From the NCBI GenBank assembly GCA_904063045.1, contig CAJFCJ010000004.1, forward strand, positions 2,101,713 to 2,165,712: a stretch of 64,000 nt of DNA, read 5' to 3'. The notes below the pieces were generated by a model. The model had not been told where the DNA came from. It saw only the letters and a list, made by a program, of their open reading frames with translations, and made no database searches. Of this stretch, positions 14,241 to 28,533 are shown piece by piece. Position 1 is the stretch's first letter; every line of letters begins with the position of its first letter. Position numbers and translations under genes: made by a program. This stretch comes from Dimorphilus gyrociliatus. Lineage: Eukaryota; Animalia; Annelida.

Positions 14241-14704
14241 AATTAATTTATTGTACAAAAAAAGAAGAAAAATGACACTTTCCTATATTTTCTACATTCG
14301 AAACATTGATAATAATTTTTATATTTGGATGGTTGCTAAAACGAAAATTAATGTATTTAAATAAATCAGTGCTGTGAAAAAAGACGGAGGTACTTTATTA
14401 ATTAGTGAAGCAAAAGAGAATAGTTTTTAATGTCTTGCCTTATTACGGAAATGAATTTAATTGAAATATGCAATGTTTTTTAATAGTAATACATTTCTAC
14501 AACAATGACAATTTATAATTGGAAAAAGACTTGATTAGTTCTAATGTTATACATATACTGTGTATACAAGTATACTGTATGTATATATATATTGTATATA
14601 ACAAATTTGGTAAAACTAGTATAATTATAAGTAAATGAATAAATCAGTTTTGAAATATAATTGAGATACTATTTTTCTCATATAGCATTTCTTACATTTT
14701 CTCT

Positions 14705-14735
<31 letters not shown>

Positions 14736-14967
14736 ATAAAAACTCTACAATCATAATTTATGATTTTTTAATTAATGGCAACTTATTCAAGTATCCAAAA
14801 CTATACAATAATTTATTAAGCTATAAACAAACTTCGAAAAACAGTATATTTATTATCTGTGACTGATAAAAAGAGAAGAAGCATCTGTTGTTGTAATTTA
14901 TTGAATATTTTGAGTATTTAACCCTTGAATTGCTTAAATTATAGATGAACAAAAGAGAGAGATAACA

Positions 14968-17756
14968 ATGATGATTGTTAAATTTCTATATATAATTTGT
15001 TTCTTTTTGTCATTAAATGGTAAGTAATAAACAAAATTTCCATATATACTACATATATATATATATATATATATTGTATTTGTATATGTGTATTAGACAG
15101 GATATATATTATATATATACTTATATCTACTTGATTACCCTAATTCAAATTTCTATTCTTATATTTTTAACTAATAATTAACTACTAATTGCTATTATTA
15201 CTATAGAAACGCGACTTAATGCCCACTCAAAAGTTATTCACTTCGATACAATGAATATTAGAATATCTCTTGGGAAGAGAGATATTGTACTTTATTTAGA
15301 GAATAACAAAAATATCAATCCCAACATGCAAATTTCCTTCAGTGATAGAATGGAAGCTCATGGCTATATTTCCAATTACCAACTTTTTCAAGATGTACAC
15401 AATGGTGCATCCATCACTTACACTGAAATTATTGTTAACAGTCACATGAGTTTTTATATCGAAGGACATTTTGAGGTCGATGGCGCTATCATGCAGATAT
15501 CTCCATTATTTTCGGAGAAGGAATTGAGATATTACGTTATTAATTCAAAAGATAAAATAGATGAAAAGCTTCCGAAAAGGAATGTTACCATATTAAATTC
15601 AACAAATACATTTAAAGAGAATAGAAGAAGGAGTTCAAAATTAATAAATCACTTTTATCTAGAGCTATACTTGGTAATAGATTATAGTTTATGGTCTTTT
15701 TATAAATCTCTTCAAAACAACAGTCAGTTGTTACTAAATTTTAAAATTATACTCTTATTATTCATATTCCTAGAATTTCCTATTTGTCATTAGAATGGGA
15801 TTTCACACTTCACTTACTTCAAATTTAAATTGTAAATTAAAAGTAAAATTTAAGAACTGACTGTTGTCGTTAGATGAAGAAGCAACAGTTCAGTATGTCA
15901 GACGTCGGTTTTCCTTTTTTATCAACAGTATTGATCTTGTTTATAGAAGAATAAAACATCCTAAATATGATATATCCATATCTCTAAAAGATGTGAAAAT
16001 TATGACAAAATGGAGTGATAGTTTCGTTCAAAGAGCTAAATCAAAGAATGGAAAAACTACAGTCGACCTGTCAAAAACTCTACAAAATTTTACTATATCA
16101 CTTCATAAGCTGAAAATTTTTGATAATTTAGATTTTATGGACTTGGATCACACCATGCTGTGGATTAAAAGGGTAAGATATAATCAAATTCTCATAGATA
16201 TGCCTCCAAATTGATTCTTTTATCTCTCAATTTTTTAGACTAATATCAACGGGCAAAGAAATACCCTGGGTATTGCTTATTTTGGGTCTATATGTACTAG
16301 ATTTTCCACGTCAGTTATCTTGGACCATGGAAATGAGGCCTATCTAACAGCAGCTCATGAAATTGGTCATTGCCTGGGGGCTAGTCATGACGGGAATTCA
16401 TCATCAACAGAATCATATAATCAGAGTCAATGCAGAAATGACCAATATTTAATGAGTTCTTTAAAGCACGTAAAAAAAAGTAGATTTGTCTTTAGTCCGT
16501 GTTCTGAATCATCTATATACAAAACTATAATGGGTTTAAACAAAATGAAATCATCTTTTCCAAGAGTATGCCTATCCAACAAAGTTTGCGGTCATAATTA
16601 TAATTATATTCGAAATTACGAACCCTTCGGCCAAATAGAAAGTCAAAGAGAACAATGCGCTAAATGGTAATGTTATAAGCGTCTATAATTTTTTGCATAG
16701 ACAATTTTACAATATATTTTCGTTTCTAAATCCTAGGATAAAAAGCGTTGGAGCAGATTTAGAGTTATATAGAGTATCTCCAAGAGGAACAACTTGCGCA
16801 TTCCTCCGATGCAATCTTAATGGAAAGACTTACGGTAGCCAATACGGCGTTGCTGATGGAACTCCTTGCACAGCCGGTAAAATATGTTGGAGAGGAAAAT
16901 GTAAATCAGCCGATGTATTGCAATATGAAAGTAAGGCTTTCTCGCAAGATAACATGTGTAAAATTGAGAATGAAATCGATAGGAAAGTACCCAAAAAGTA
17001 AGATTAATAGCTATTATCTATTATACATATTAGATTGGATAATAATACTTTCTTTTTGAAAGTTGTACAGATAAGGATGATATTGCGGCTTTTTGTGACG
17101 TATATGTGTCGAAATATCCTCGTTTCTGCTTTAAATATAAAGACTATGGCGGTTGTTGCGAAACTTGTCATAAATACGGTTTGAAGAGTTTTAGATTGAA
17201 TTCTTTAAGAGATCAGTGTTCGCCAAATCCGTGTAAAAATAAAGGAAGATGCTTAAATTTTGAAAGTCGTAAAGGGTTTATGTGCGAATGCGACGAAGGA
17301 TATATTGGAGAATTTTGCGAAATAAAACTAATACAATGTCAAGGATTAAACGATATTAATAATATTCAATTAGCAAATTTGGGGTATAAAATAGATTGCC
17401 AACAACTTTTTACTGAAAAACTATCGTGTTCTTCGCGAGATGTTTCAGAAATATGTTACCAACAATGTAAACCTTGTCTTTGTAAGCCATGTTTGAATGG
17501 TGGAACATGCATACCTCAAGATTTTGATTATGAATGCAAGTGTGCAAGGGGTTATGCCGGTAAATCTTGTGAAATTATGAGAGGTTGTATGGATACTAAT
17601 GGAAGATTTAAGATAAGAGATGGAATAGGAAATATTATTGGTTGGATAACATGTCAGGAAGGAATTCTTTTATTGGGATCATCGTACTTTTGTTCTGTAC
17701 GAGGAACAGAATGTTGTAAAACCTGTAAAGAGTGGATTAAACGATTAGATCTTTGA
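14968..17756 (+). CDS. Secreted M12B (reprolysin/ADAMTS-like) zinc metalloprotease with Cys-rich, PLAC/ShK-like and EGF modules, 749 aa
   Basis: Exons 14968-15019, 15207-15722, 15874-16172, 16239-16666, 16737-16997 and 17063-17756 (2250 nt). Signal peptide MMIVKFLYIICFFLSLN, furin-type site RRRS before YLELYLVID, zinc motif HEIGHCLGASHD, Met-turn YLMS, ADGTPC..GKICWRGKC, and two EGF repeats (CSPNPCKNKGRC, CKPCLNGGTC). The donor at 15723 is the least certain junction. Confidence 0.85.
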
Positions 17757-20700
17757 TAGGATTTATACATCTTTCCTTAGATACAAAAGATTATGCTCTA
17801 TTATTAATTAAACAAACAGAATTACTATTAATAATATTTAAGACTAAAAATAGATAGTTGAAAAATACTCTTTTCATTTTTTTATCAGAGAAAAACATAC
17901 TTTACATTTTCTATCTATTCAGAAAAAAAAGAGAGTTATAAATGACTCTCGATAATTATTTCGATAATAGAATATAGATGGCAATACCATTGGTCATACT
18001 TTCCATCTTGCAAGAAGAAGACAGTAAACTGCTTGCAAGAGTTATATATGACGCGAAGGCCAACAATAAACGACCGTCATCTAGACAGTTAGCTGTCGCC
18101 TGCACTTTCCCAGTTGGGTCATGATTAGATATAGTCATTCCATTCTGATGCTCCGCTTCGTTAACTATGTCTCATTGATCATTCTCTTTTACATAAAAAG
18201 TGATAAAAGGGACCTTATTGTAAAAAATTCCTCATTTAGGTTTGCAAAAATAGACGTATAGTTTTGATCGATGTAAGAATACGTTAAAGATTGCATAAAT
18301 ACCTAAAATCACAATGAAATTATTGACTGAGCGAAAATTCCTTACAAATAAGAGGAAACTAACTATAAATTACATATGCATTTTGGCTATTTCCAACTAA
18401 ATAAACTGGTGCGTTTAGTTGTATAAGCAATTCACTTTCTCTTTTCCTCCCCCCCTCTCGCAGGCTTGTTCTCTTTGTTCTTTATTTTTTAAAAAATCTA
18501 TTCACGGAGAAAACCGTCGAATGATAATTTGTGACTTCCGGTTTCTTATTTCTCTTCATTCAATTTATTTTTAAATTCATTAAAATTTCGTTTCCCTTAG
18601 AAAAGCTTAAGCTATAGAATAAGAATGATCAATTTGGAACAATAGAAATGGTAGAAAGGCAACCTTAGTTAATTTTTACTGACATCTAAAGTAATCAACC
18701 GTGTTATGGAAAAGGAAAAGAGAAGACTATAGCGTTTACGAAGATACAGTATTATTCCTTTTTTATGGAAAGAGAAAGAAAACAGATCAATAGATATTAA
18801 CCAAGAATGGAACAATATTTAAGAGTGCTGTCTCCTTTTTCTTTATAAAGAAAATTTCTTTTTCATTTACCCATGGTATAAGAGAAAAGAAACATTATCG
18901 ATCTACAAATGAAGTAATAACAAAGTCTTATGCTCTCATTCAATAATTAAAAAAATCGCTTAATACCTTTCTTACATCAAAACTCTCATTCCTCTAGTGA
19001 GGAATTCTATTAAATTACTTATTATTTAAAAGAAAAATTTTGAGTTTTTGATGTTCAGTACTACCAATAGAACGATTATTTGAAGAGAAAATGAAACTAT
19101 CCTTATATTCGCTCTTTTCATCATAGGAGATAATATCTGTAAGGTAGTAAAGATTTTGTATGCTGGCGGGTACTGCTTTAGAATTAGTCAGAAATCAAAG
19201 TCAAGTCATTCACCACCATCTGAAACACTTATCCCAGAAAAAAGACTAATATTGATAGTTCCCGCCTGATTTCCTCTCACAGATCGAACATCTTGAATTC
19301 TTTATATCCTCTAATATCTATTATTACTAATGATCTATAGGTGTACAGAGAAACAGATCCTTCAATAAATACACTTTTTTTAATTATTAAAAAGCCCTAG
19401 AATGTATAATAGTGTGAAAGGAAGAATCATTAAATTAATAGTAATAAATACAGCAAAGTAATTAAAAATTTTGTTTACTACGCATTTGTTGCTTATTAAT
19501 ACGGCGTATTAGTACATATTTTATATGATATAAATCTAGCATAATTTCATTGAAAACCTATGTATCTTCTCTTTGACAAATAAGCTTTTCTAATTTATTC
19601 TATCAATAAATTAAGCTACCTAATCATTTTGATGATTATAATTAACGAACTAATATATGAGGTCTCCCACCCACAATACTTGGTTTTTTCGTCCTCTTTT
19701 TCCATTTTAACATAAATTCATCGTCAACCATATTAGCAAATGAAATGTTGAGCTACAAATATATGCTAATGGCGAGAACGGGAACTAACGCGAAATAATA
19801 GTCCTTTGAAGAAGCCTTTTGTATAGACTATAATTTATTGTACTACCTATAATAATTGATAATTACTCAGTGCTTTGGTAAAATTGTTGACTTTCATTTA
19901 GGTAAAGGTACAAAGGCTAGAATAGTACAGAAGTACCGTTTCATACCTCCATCCTATTTAGTCCCTTACATCTGTTGTTTGAAATTAAATTAGCTATTAA
20001 TTGAATCCTTTTCCGATAGAATGATCATTCAAGGAATGCCCGTTACGAAGCAACGCCATTACGTTCAATTAAACAATCTCGTATCTTTGGAAAACTTGCT
20101 TTATGCTGTAAAAAAAAAATATTTTGTAGAATTAAAAAGGAATGCTTGAAAGTAAATTTATACTTTAAAGCTATTCTTTTTTACCCTAAACGATATAATT
20201 AAACTTGTGAACTTTACTAAAGTTTCGCAAAGTCAACACTTCAAAGTGATTTTAATGATAGATGAAAAAACAAGGGCAAAAATTTATAACAAAAAGGAAA
20301 GAAAGAGAACTGAAGTATGCAAATTTAAGAAATTCGTAGAAAAGTAGAAAAACGATTTCTAATATCAGTATAATTATGGATTAGAAGGGAACTTTATTAT
20401 CTTATTTAATGACCGTTATATTTCTAATGAAACATTGATAAGTCTGTTTTTAGATAAAGTATAAATTTATACTATGTATATATTTTTACACAATTAATCA
20501 TTCATTAAAAGAACTTGAACAGCAAAATTTTCCGTTTCATTCTTTTTATGCCTTAAAAGAGTGTTTGCGTGGGTAAAATTCATATTATTTACTTTTATTA
20601 TATTATAAATATTCATGAATAATTAAAAGGATTTTCGTATAAAAACAAAAAAGAACCTCTAAACCAGTTTACGCAACGTGATCAACTTGAGAGGCTAATT

Positions 20701-20766
20701 ATCGAATATCTTTAAAAACGCGGCCTTTTCGTGCCTTTGATGGCACACCGCCCATAGGGGTGTTCA

Positions 20767-21699
20767 ATGGTCATAACCGGAAACGGCTTTAATCGAAGCT
20801 CTCAGTCTTCTAGACGCCGGCGTTGCGACGCTATGGACAAGCGTATTTTCTCTTCATTTCTCTCCGGCTTCATTTTAGCTTCAATCTTTTTCTCTTTAAT
20901 TAGCCTAATCAACTTTGAAGCACTACCAGAAAAACGTCTACCATCTGCAGTGATTATGGGAGTAAGAAAATGCGGAACAAGAGCTCTGCTACAATTTTTG
21001 AGTCTGCACAGGGACATCGAAATCGCAAAAGAGGAAGTCCACTTCTTTAATCGGAAATGGAGCAACGGGCTAGATTGGTACCTTTCTCAGATGCCAACAG
21101 TTAAACGCCATCAAATAAGTGTAGAAAAGACACCTGGATATTTCATATCTTTTCAAGCTCCTTCAAGAATATATGCGGTGAATTCTGCCGCAAAATTGCT
21201 GCTGATAGTCAGAGAGCCAGTTGCAAGAGCCATTAGTGATTACACACAAATATTTAATAATCGTTTAGCAAGGAATAAGTCTAAATTGGCCGAGTTCGAT
21301 AATCTAGCTATAAAGAATGGACGCGTTATGGGAAATTATAAACCGATATCAACTTCCATTTATCATCTACATATAAGAAAGTGGTTGGATATATTTAATC
21401 CAAATTCTATACATATTATTGATGGAGATAATCTCATTCGTAATCCTTTAGAAGAATTGCGGAAAGTTGAAAAATTTCTACAACTTGATCCTTTTATTAA
21501 TAACAGTATGATTTATTATAACTCGACAAGAAAATTCTATTGTATGAAAAAGGATAGTAAGAACATATGCCTAGGATCTACAAAGGGAAGATCTCATAGA
21601 CCCGTCACTAACCAGACGATAGAAACTCTAAAAAAATTTTATTATCCTCACAATAAGGAATTTTTTAAAATTGTTAACAGGACTTTTAGTTGGAATTGA
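20767..21699 (+). CDS. HS3ST: Heparan sulfate glucosamine 3-O-sulfotransferase (HS3ST1/5, Hs3st-A type), intronless, type II membrane
   Basis: PAPS-binding loop GVRKCGTRALL, EVHFF, EKTPGYF, REPVARAISDY and KGRSH, plus an N-terminal hydrophobic anchor. The true start may be the ATG at 20833. Confidence 0.92.
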   Translation: MVITGNGFNRSSQSSRRRRCDAMDKRIFSSFLSGFILASIFFSLISLINFEALPEKRLPSAVIMGVRKCGTRALLQFLSLHRDIEIAKEEVHFFNRKWSNGLDWYLSQMPTVKRHQISVEKTPGYFISFQAPSRIYAVNSAAKLLLIVREPVARAISDYTQIFNNRLARNKSKLAEFDNLAIKNGRVMGNYKPISTSIYHLHIRKWLDIFNPNSIHIIDGDNLIRNPLEELRKVEKFLQLDPFINNSMIYYNSTRKFYCMKKDSKNICLGSTKGRSHRPVTNQTIETLKKFYYPHNKEFFKIVNRTFSWN

Positions 21700-24473
21700 A
21701 TCAATTTTTCTCTTTATTTACTCTCTTGATTTAATCTTCAGTTCTCCTTTTTTTTCGCTCCTCTCTTTCTTTCTTAAAGATTTTCTCAATTTTAAGAGAA
21801 AAGCATTTTTTGGTATAGAGTATGTATATTAAATAACTTGTATATAACTATATATATATACATATATATTACACGTTCATCTGTTAAAATGTATATTTAT
21901 AGCACAATGATCAAGCTTAATAGTTTAATTATTAAAAGAATAACAACAGGTCGCACCTCATATTTTTAATTAATTACCTTCTTATCCCTATTTTACAGTA
22001 AAATTGACATGATTACTTGGTATTTTATTCATCTTATAGCGTCTTTAATGAGTGACTGTAAGCGCAATATTTTGACATTGATGTCGTGAAAATCTATACT
22101 TTCTCTATGAATAATATATATAAATATATATATATATGTTACACCTTGCATCTTACGTCATATTTTGAAGCGTTACAGCCACCTTGTTTTTCTTTGCATT
22201 TTAAATTGAGGCAATCGCTGTTATTTTCGTATATTTATTCTTGACGTTTGATTCCCTAATGATATAGTAAAATGGATATTGATGGAAGAGATGACGCTTT
22301 ATTCATATGCTTTTTCTGATACAAAAATTTGATTGATTCTTGAGGCGTGATTTGTATATATATATTACTTAAAATATCACCTTAAAAGATTAATATTTCA
22401 AAGCGTTAACCTTTCAGAATTCCTCCTTTTATCTCTCTTATTTTATGTTTCATAAAAACTTTCTTATAAACACGGAACTGTTCCTTGTCTTCTCTTTAAA
22501 CTTAAAGTTACTTTCCTAAGTCATGACCGTCATATGATTTCTTTTTTCTAAGATATCTTGTATAAAATGACCTTTCTATTGATTAGCCCCTATCCTTCAT
22601 CTTTCTCGATTCTTTTCCCATTCATTTATCCACATTTCTCTATTTTTCCATTAACCCCTTTTACAGTCTACCTGTTTACACGTTTTCCTAAAAATTCTAC
22701 TATTCACTCTACAAGAGAACAGTCATCTTATTCTAATAAAGTAATTACTTTTTTTTGTTTTCAAAGAGAAAAACTTAGCAAGGATATCTACTTTAAATCA
22801 TCGGCTATAATGGAATTTTGGGATTTTCGCTAAATCCCTTAGCGCGATTAAATGCGAAAGACGATTGAGGAATGTAGTAATTTACATACTTTTAATCAGA
22901 TAACTCAGTTAAAAATCTTCTAGAGATTCCTTGAATTAAAAAATATATTATCTTCCAAAGACCATTTCCATAAAGAAGTGTAAAGATCGAATTATTTGAA
23001 TATGAATAAGGATAATATTTGTAAAAGTAGTTAAAGAAGAGAATCAAACGAAGAAAAGCGTTTATTAGCAAAGAAAATGTATTTAATCAATTATTCTGAA
23101 GTATTTAACGAGAACTTTATAAAATTGAGATAAATTGACATTTCTAAAAGAGAAAAAAGACTAATTCTTTGCAAGTTTGTTTAACTGAACATCTCAAATT
23201 TATATTAAACAAATTAAAAAGCCACTTAACGTCACTTAGACTTTCTTGAGTTTAATTAAAAATTGTTAACTATTGCCTCTCTTAATTATTATCAAGGGAA
23301 ACCTTACAACTTCAGTTTAGCGTGGAAATAGATGCTCGTAAATTGTTTACTTTTCTTTATCTATATCAAAATATAAATAGTTACATATTACGTAATAGTA
23401 AAAACATTTGTTTTCAAATAATTTAAAGCGAACAGAAGTTTTAATTTTTCATATTAATATAATACTTATACTGGATTAGAAAGTACGTTTGTACGTGATA
23501 TAATCATAGAGACCTGCAAACACTTAGGATAAAGTAAATAATTCTAGTACATTACCCTCATACATTACAGTGTTTTGCTAAACCTATATAGTACACACAT
23601 GCACACTCACATATGTTGTATGCATATATATATATATATATATACTGTATATATGTTAGTTTCATACAATATAGAGTCAAATATTTGATAATATATTCAT
23701 ATTATAAAATTTCTCTTTTATCTTTTTTCTTACTTTTGAAAAAGTTTACAAGTCCGTTAAAAATTGATTTTACTCTAAATAACGGCCACTGAGATTAATT
23801 TTGCATAAAATTCCCCATAGAGTAGCTGAGTCTCTATTCGAAAACAATACGACCGCCCTTTCGCTAGCAAATCTGATAATCTTCTAGGCCTAAATAAGCC
23901 TATGCAATAAATTGTGGCGAATAAGCCCAACAATTCTATCATCTACATCCACACAGCCAAATTTAGAATATTTTCTGGTAAACTTCTAACCTTTTATAAA
24001 AGAACGGATATAAGAAAAAGATAATTAAGCTTTAAACGATTAGAAATAAACTACATTCCTTTCCTTTCTGCTATAAGCAATGTAAATTAAAACAATAATA
24101 TAATAACTATTAAAAATCCTATGGCTAAACGTTAAAGGACCTTGCACTTGCCATATATTATGTGTTATTGTTAATCAAGTCTCAAATTAAAAGATTGATT
24201 TTGAAGATTCGCCAAGAGGCATCATTAGGCTAAAATTTAGAATAGAGTTCTCTGTCTTTGAAAGGTACTTCGATCCATGTGTAAACCCTTAAAAAGTAAG
24301 GAACATTATAAAATTTATGAGAAAAAATTCTAAAGGTCTTATAGTGTAGTAGTATGAACAAGCAATAGGAGAAGTAATTTTGGATTCTAGCCTCAAGAGA
24401 TATACGTAAGAAATAGCTAATATTATACTTTATTTTTGGAATATATATATGTATATATAGAATATGCAACGTG

Positions 24474-24474
<1 letters not shown>

Positions 24475-24524
<50 letters not shown>
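24475..24524. repeat. (TA)25 microsatellite ending in CTGTA
   Basis: Directly visible. Confidence 0.95.
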
Positions 24525-24525
<1 letters not shown>

Positions 24526-26603
24526 TGTATGTTTATATGTTTTGTTTAGTCTTATACTTACTTCATAAATTATTTTTACACTTATCGTAACTACTATTGG
24601 CATAATTTATCATGGTATTTTGAACTTTACGTAACGTAGTACAAATGCTTTTGGTAAATGAATGGATTGTTATGAATAAAAGCGTAAAATTTACTGTAAA
24701 CATTTTACGCTAAAATTAACGATCAATCAAAACTGGAATCTAGACGGAATTGTGTTGCTTAGTTGTTACTCAAAAAAGGCCAAATTCTGTCATTTAATAG
24801 CTTTATACATATCTTTGTTATTGGAAATTTTTTCTATCTTTCTCAATCTTTGTTCTAAAATATTTAATTAAAATTTTCTTTACTCTAAATAGTCTAAAGA
24901 GAATACGATGATATAAGAATATATGTAAAATAACTTCACTTAGAAATGATAAGATCACGTGATCAAATAGTAAGAAATTTCTGTAAACAGGCAATCGACG
25001 AAATTCCATCATCTAAAATCTACAGCTCACGATAGAGACTACTTATGGAGGGTTACTAAAAACAATTTTTATAATCTAAATTCGTCTCAAAATGCTTTTA
25101 TCAACCTATGAACGCTAATTAGACGGCTCTCACTAAATGTCGCGACCCAGACATCTAATCTACTCGTCGTCTTCCTTCCTGTTTTCTTTAATCCCAACTA
25201 GTCAGCCTTGGGCGCGGTCGATTGACCGCCGTAAATCGGGCGTTACTGAAGGTGAAGGACATATGACAAGTCGACTGCAACAACTGCAATAAAAATATCG
25301 CGTCCCTTTTTATGTGTCAAGTGCGTGTAAGGACGTTATTTTCGTATTCTAAACACCGCCGCTCTCTAAACGAGGTGTTGTAACGCAGTTGACGAAGGAG
25401 TAATTATTTCCACGCATCCTAACCGAGCTTGATAGACATTTGAGTACTATATATAGATGATAATACTTCCCAGTTATCTATTTTAAACGTAATTTACCTG
25501 AAATTTATGAATATTACTTTTTCTTTAACTATACACTTAATTTATTTCTCTTTCGCTTCTTTTTATTACTTTATGGATGTCTCCTCGAAGTCATTAGATT
25601 CTATATATCTTTCATCCTAATTGCTAGGATGAGTTTGCCAAAGACATCCCTTGTAAGACTAGTAGATAGGCTGACAAAGCTCTTCTACTAAGGGGAAATG
25701 TTACCAAGTCCTTGGTATTTCAGTCATTATTCCCCCTCTATTATTCCAGATTCCTGACTATATAGGAACCAGGATGAAATTGAAAGAATCTATGCCAAAT
25801 CTATATGTTATGTATATATGTATTTTTGCAGATACTGTATATATAGTATAAGGTAAATGATGTATTTACTAATAAGTATTATAGTGTAATATATATTTTA
25901 ATAATTTATATGATCTATTTGTAATTATATTAAACGCTTTTTCACATGATTACATGGCAACGCAAAAAAAATATGTATACACAGATGGATAAGATTTATA
26001 ACTTTAGTTTATTACCCTTAAATAATTCCTACTTGTACTCATTAATCATAACCCAGATATAGCCTTTTACAATGGCTAAACAACACGATTGCGCTTAGAC
26101 TGGTAAAGAAAACGACTTGTCCCCAGTCAAACAGCCAACTTTTTTTCTAATTTATATAAAAAGTTTTCGTACATAATTGAGTACGTTAACAAATGAAACG
26201 TTATATAAAATATAATATTAGGTATATTAATTTAATCAGCCTATTTTGCACTTGTTTATTATTATATAATTATTAAATAAATTTTGAGATGAATAATTAG
26301 ATATTCATATTTTTTTGCCTCCTTCTCTTTCTTTTCTGCCTGTAAAAACCACTACGCTATACATGTAGCATTTGTAACATTATACTTTACAGGAAAAGTC
26401 TAGAAGATGGCAGGCCAATCGTTTAATAAATAAATGATATATCTATGCAAAGAGAACAGTTTTTAGTTTATTATTCTTTAAATATGATTTAAGAGAATAT
26501 AGTGTAAATAAACAAAGATTCGAAAAGAAACTCCTTAAACCACTTAGGATATAACAAAGTGAAAGAAAAATGAAAACTTTACAAGATATAAATGAAGAGG
26601 AAA

Positions 26604-26634
<31 letters not shown>

Positions 26635-28525
26635 AAAGACTAGCGTCAACTCATTCATAAAAAGAATTTAGACGTCTTTTAGTGCGTCATTTCAAATATC
26701 CGGATTACCTTGAATAATTCGTATAAGAGAAAACGAACTAAAAACGTTTATGAAATGAGAGGGACTTTTTTCTGATAATTCTATTTTTCATCGTCCTTTC
26801 CAGTAAACGAATCGCGAAAACGTGATTCGAATACGGTGGAGGGGCTAATAAACGGTAATTAAATTAGATTCGCTCTAATTAATCTCATTAACCTCGTAAT
26901 ATACGGCGGCGTCACTAATCCATTTCGGCTAGTAGGGAAATTGATTAAGAGCAATTAGTTCTTAAATTATATCTAATTGGCGTTTATTAGTTAGTTTATT
27001 AACTTTTCCTATTGAGAAAAAACAATACATTATAAAGTCTAAAAAATACGGTAAAAACGGACTTTGGTTTTCCCTATTCCTGATGCATTTTAAAGTTTTC
27101 TTGTCTGGTTTAAAGTTACTATCGTATAAATAGAAATTTGCATATTAAACTCATATCCTGGAGATATAAGTCAAACGAATAAATGTACTATATATCGCCA
27201 AAACAATTATATATATATAGATTTAATTTGCATAGAAAAACTATTGAATTTAATAGAAAAACATTTTATAGTTATTGTCTATTTATCCACAAAATAGGAT
27301 ATATTGAATTAACCATATTTCTAAAACACTTTAACACATGACTCATCATAAAGTAAAGTATTCAAATTACCATCTTACACAGCTTATGAAATTATCTTCT
27401 AAGGGAAATTGTAAAAATTATTTTCTCTTTTCATTACAATGAGTCACAGTTTTCTTTCTAGAGTTTTCCATTAGTCTCTCTCTCTCTCCCTCTCTCTTTT
27501 CCTTTCTTACTTTCTTTCTTTCTTTCTTTCTATCTCTTTTCTTCCCTTTCCTACCCTAGATGCCCCTTCACTTTTTTTTTAAGATATTGATTAGAGAAAT
27601 ATTAACTTACAAAGGTTTTCATGGTAACCCTATTTTTTTCTTTACTTTTTTTGGACTTTCTTTTATCCTCTGTTATGCAACATTTTGTATTCTATTATTA
27701 AATAATTTTTCAATTTACAAACATAAGAAAAATGTAAAGATAAAAAAAGACTTGTGTTTTTTCTGTTGTCAATCACAAAAGAAAGAGGTAAAGAAGAAAG
27801 ATAAATAAAAGAAGTATACTTTTTTTATTTTAAGCGTCGCCATCTATGTTGTAAATATTAAACTAGACGAAAGAAATTTGGCGTCTATTTTATTTATTTC
27901 TTATTAATTTCATAGATATTATATGAAACTATAAGCATCAGTAGTCAATATTAGATCATAGTATTTTGTACAATATGATTATAACATATGTTAGGTAATT
28001 AATAATTAAAGAAGAAAAGATTATGTTCTTACTTCAAATATTACTAATGTTTTTATACATAATTAAAGTAGAAAAAAGAACAATTTTCTGTTTCTTTCCC
28101 AATACAACCCAAGTAATAAAAGACATAAAAGGAAGAATATTTTAACCATTTGACTTCAATCTAATAAAAATAACAAATTGGAATAAAACAAAGAAAAAGA
28201 GAAGAGTCTATCTACTTTCCATTCTCTTTTCATATTTCTTGATGTCAAATTGTTTTTTTTAAATATTTCACTATTTATTCCTAATTAAATTAATTAATAT
28301 TTTGTTTATTTACGAAAAGTCACGTTTCAACAGTTGAAGAACTACGCTATTTACTACAATATTCTTTATTCATAAATAGAACAATCATTATTTATAAATT
28401 ATTACTTTTTTGTTATTCTAACTGGAAAATGATTTCTTCTAAAATATATTAACAAATACATTTACGTTAATTCTATTCATAAATACTAAAACTTCATATA
28501 GAATAAATTATGACAAACATCTGCT

Positions 28526-28533
28526 TGACGTCA
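28526..28533. promoter_or_regulatory. Perfect CRE palindrome TGACGTCA in the Hdc proximal promoter
   Basis: 123 bp upstream of the Hdc ATG, followed by the GC palindrome GGCGCGCC at 28546-28553 in a local CpG-rich patch. Confidence 0.5.

Noticed and set aside
22558-27808. Short Phe/Leu/Ile/Tyr-rich ORFs in intergenic DNA (and similar ones in introns elsewhere)
   Set aside because: Expected by-products of AT-rich and microsatellite sequence, with no splice or domain support.
26856-28292. TAATTAAATTA (paired-homeodomain P3/RCSI-like) sites upstream of Hdc at 26856 and 28282
   Set aside because: Attractive for photoreceptor expression, but several such all-AT motifs are expected by chance at this composition.
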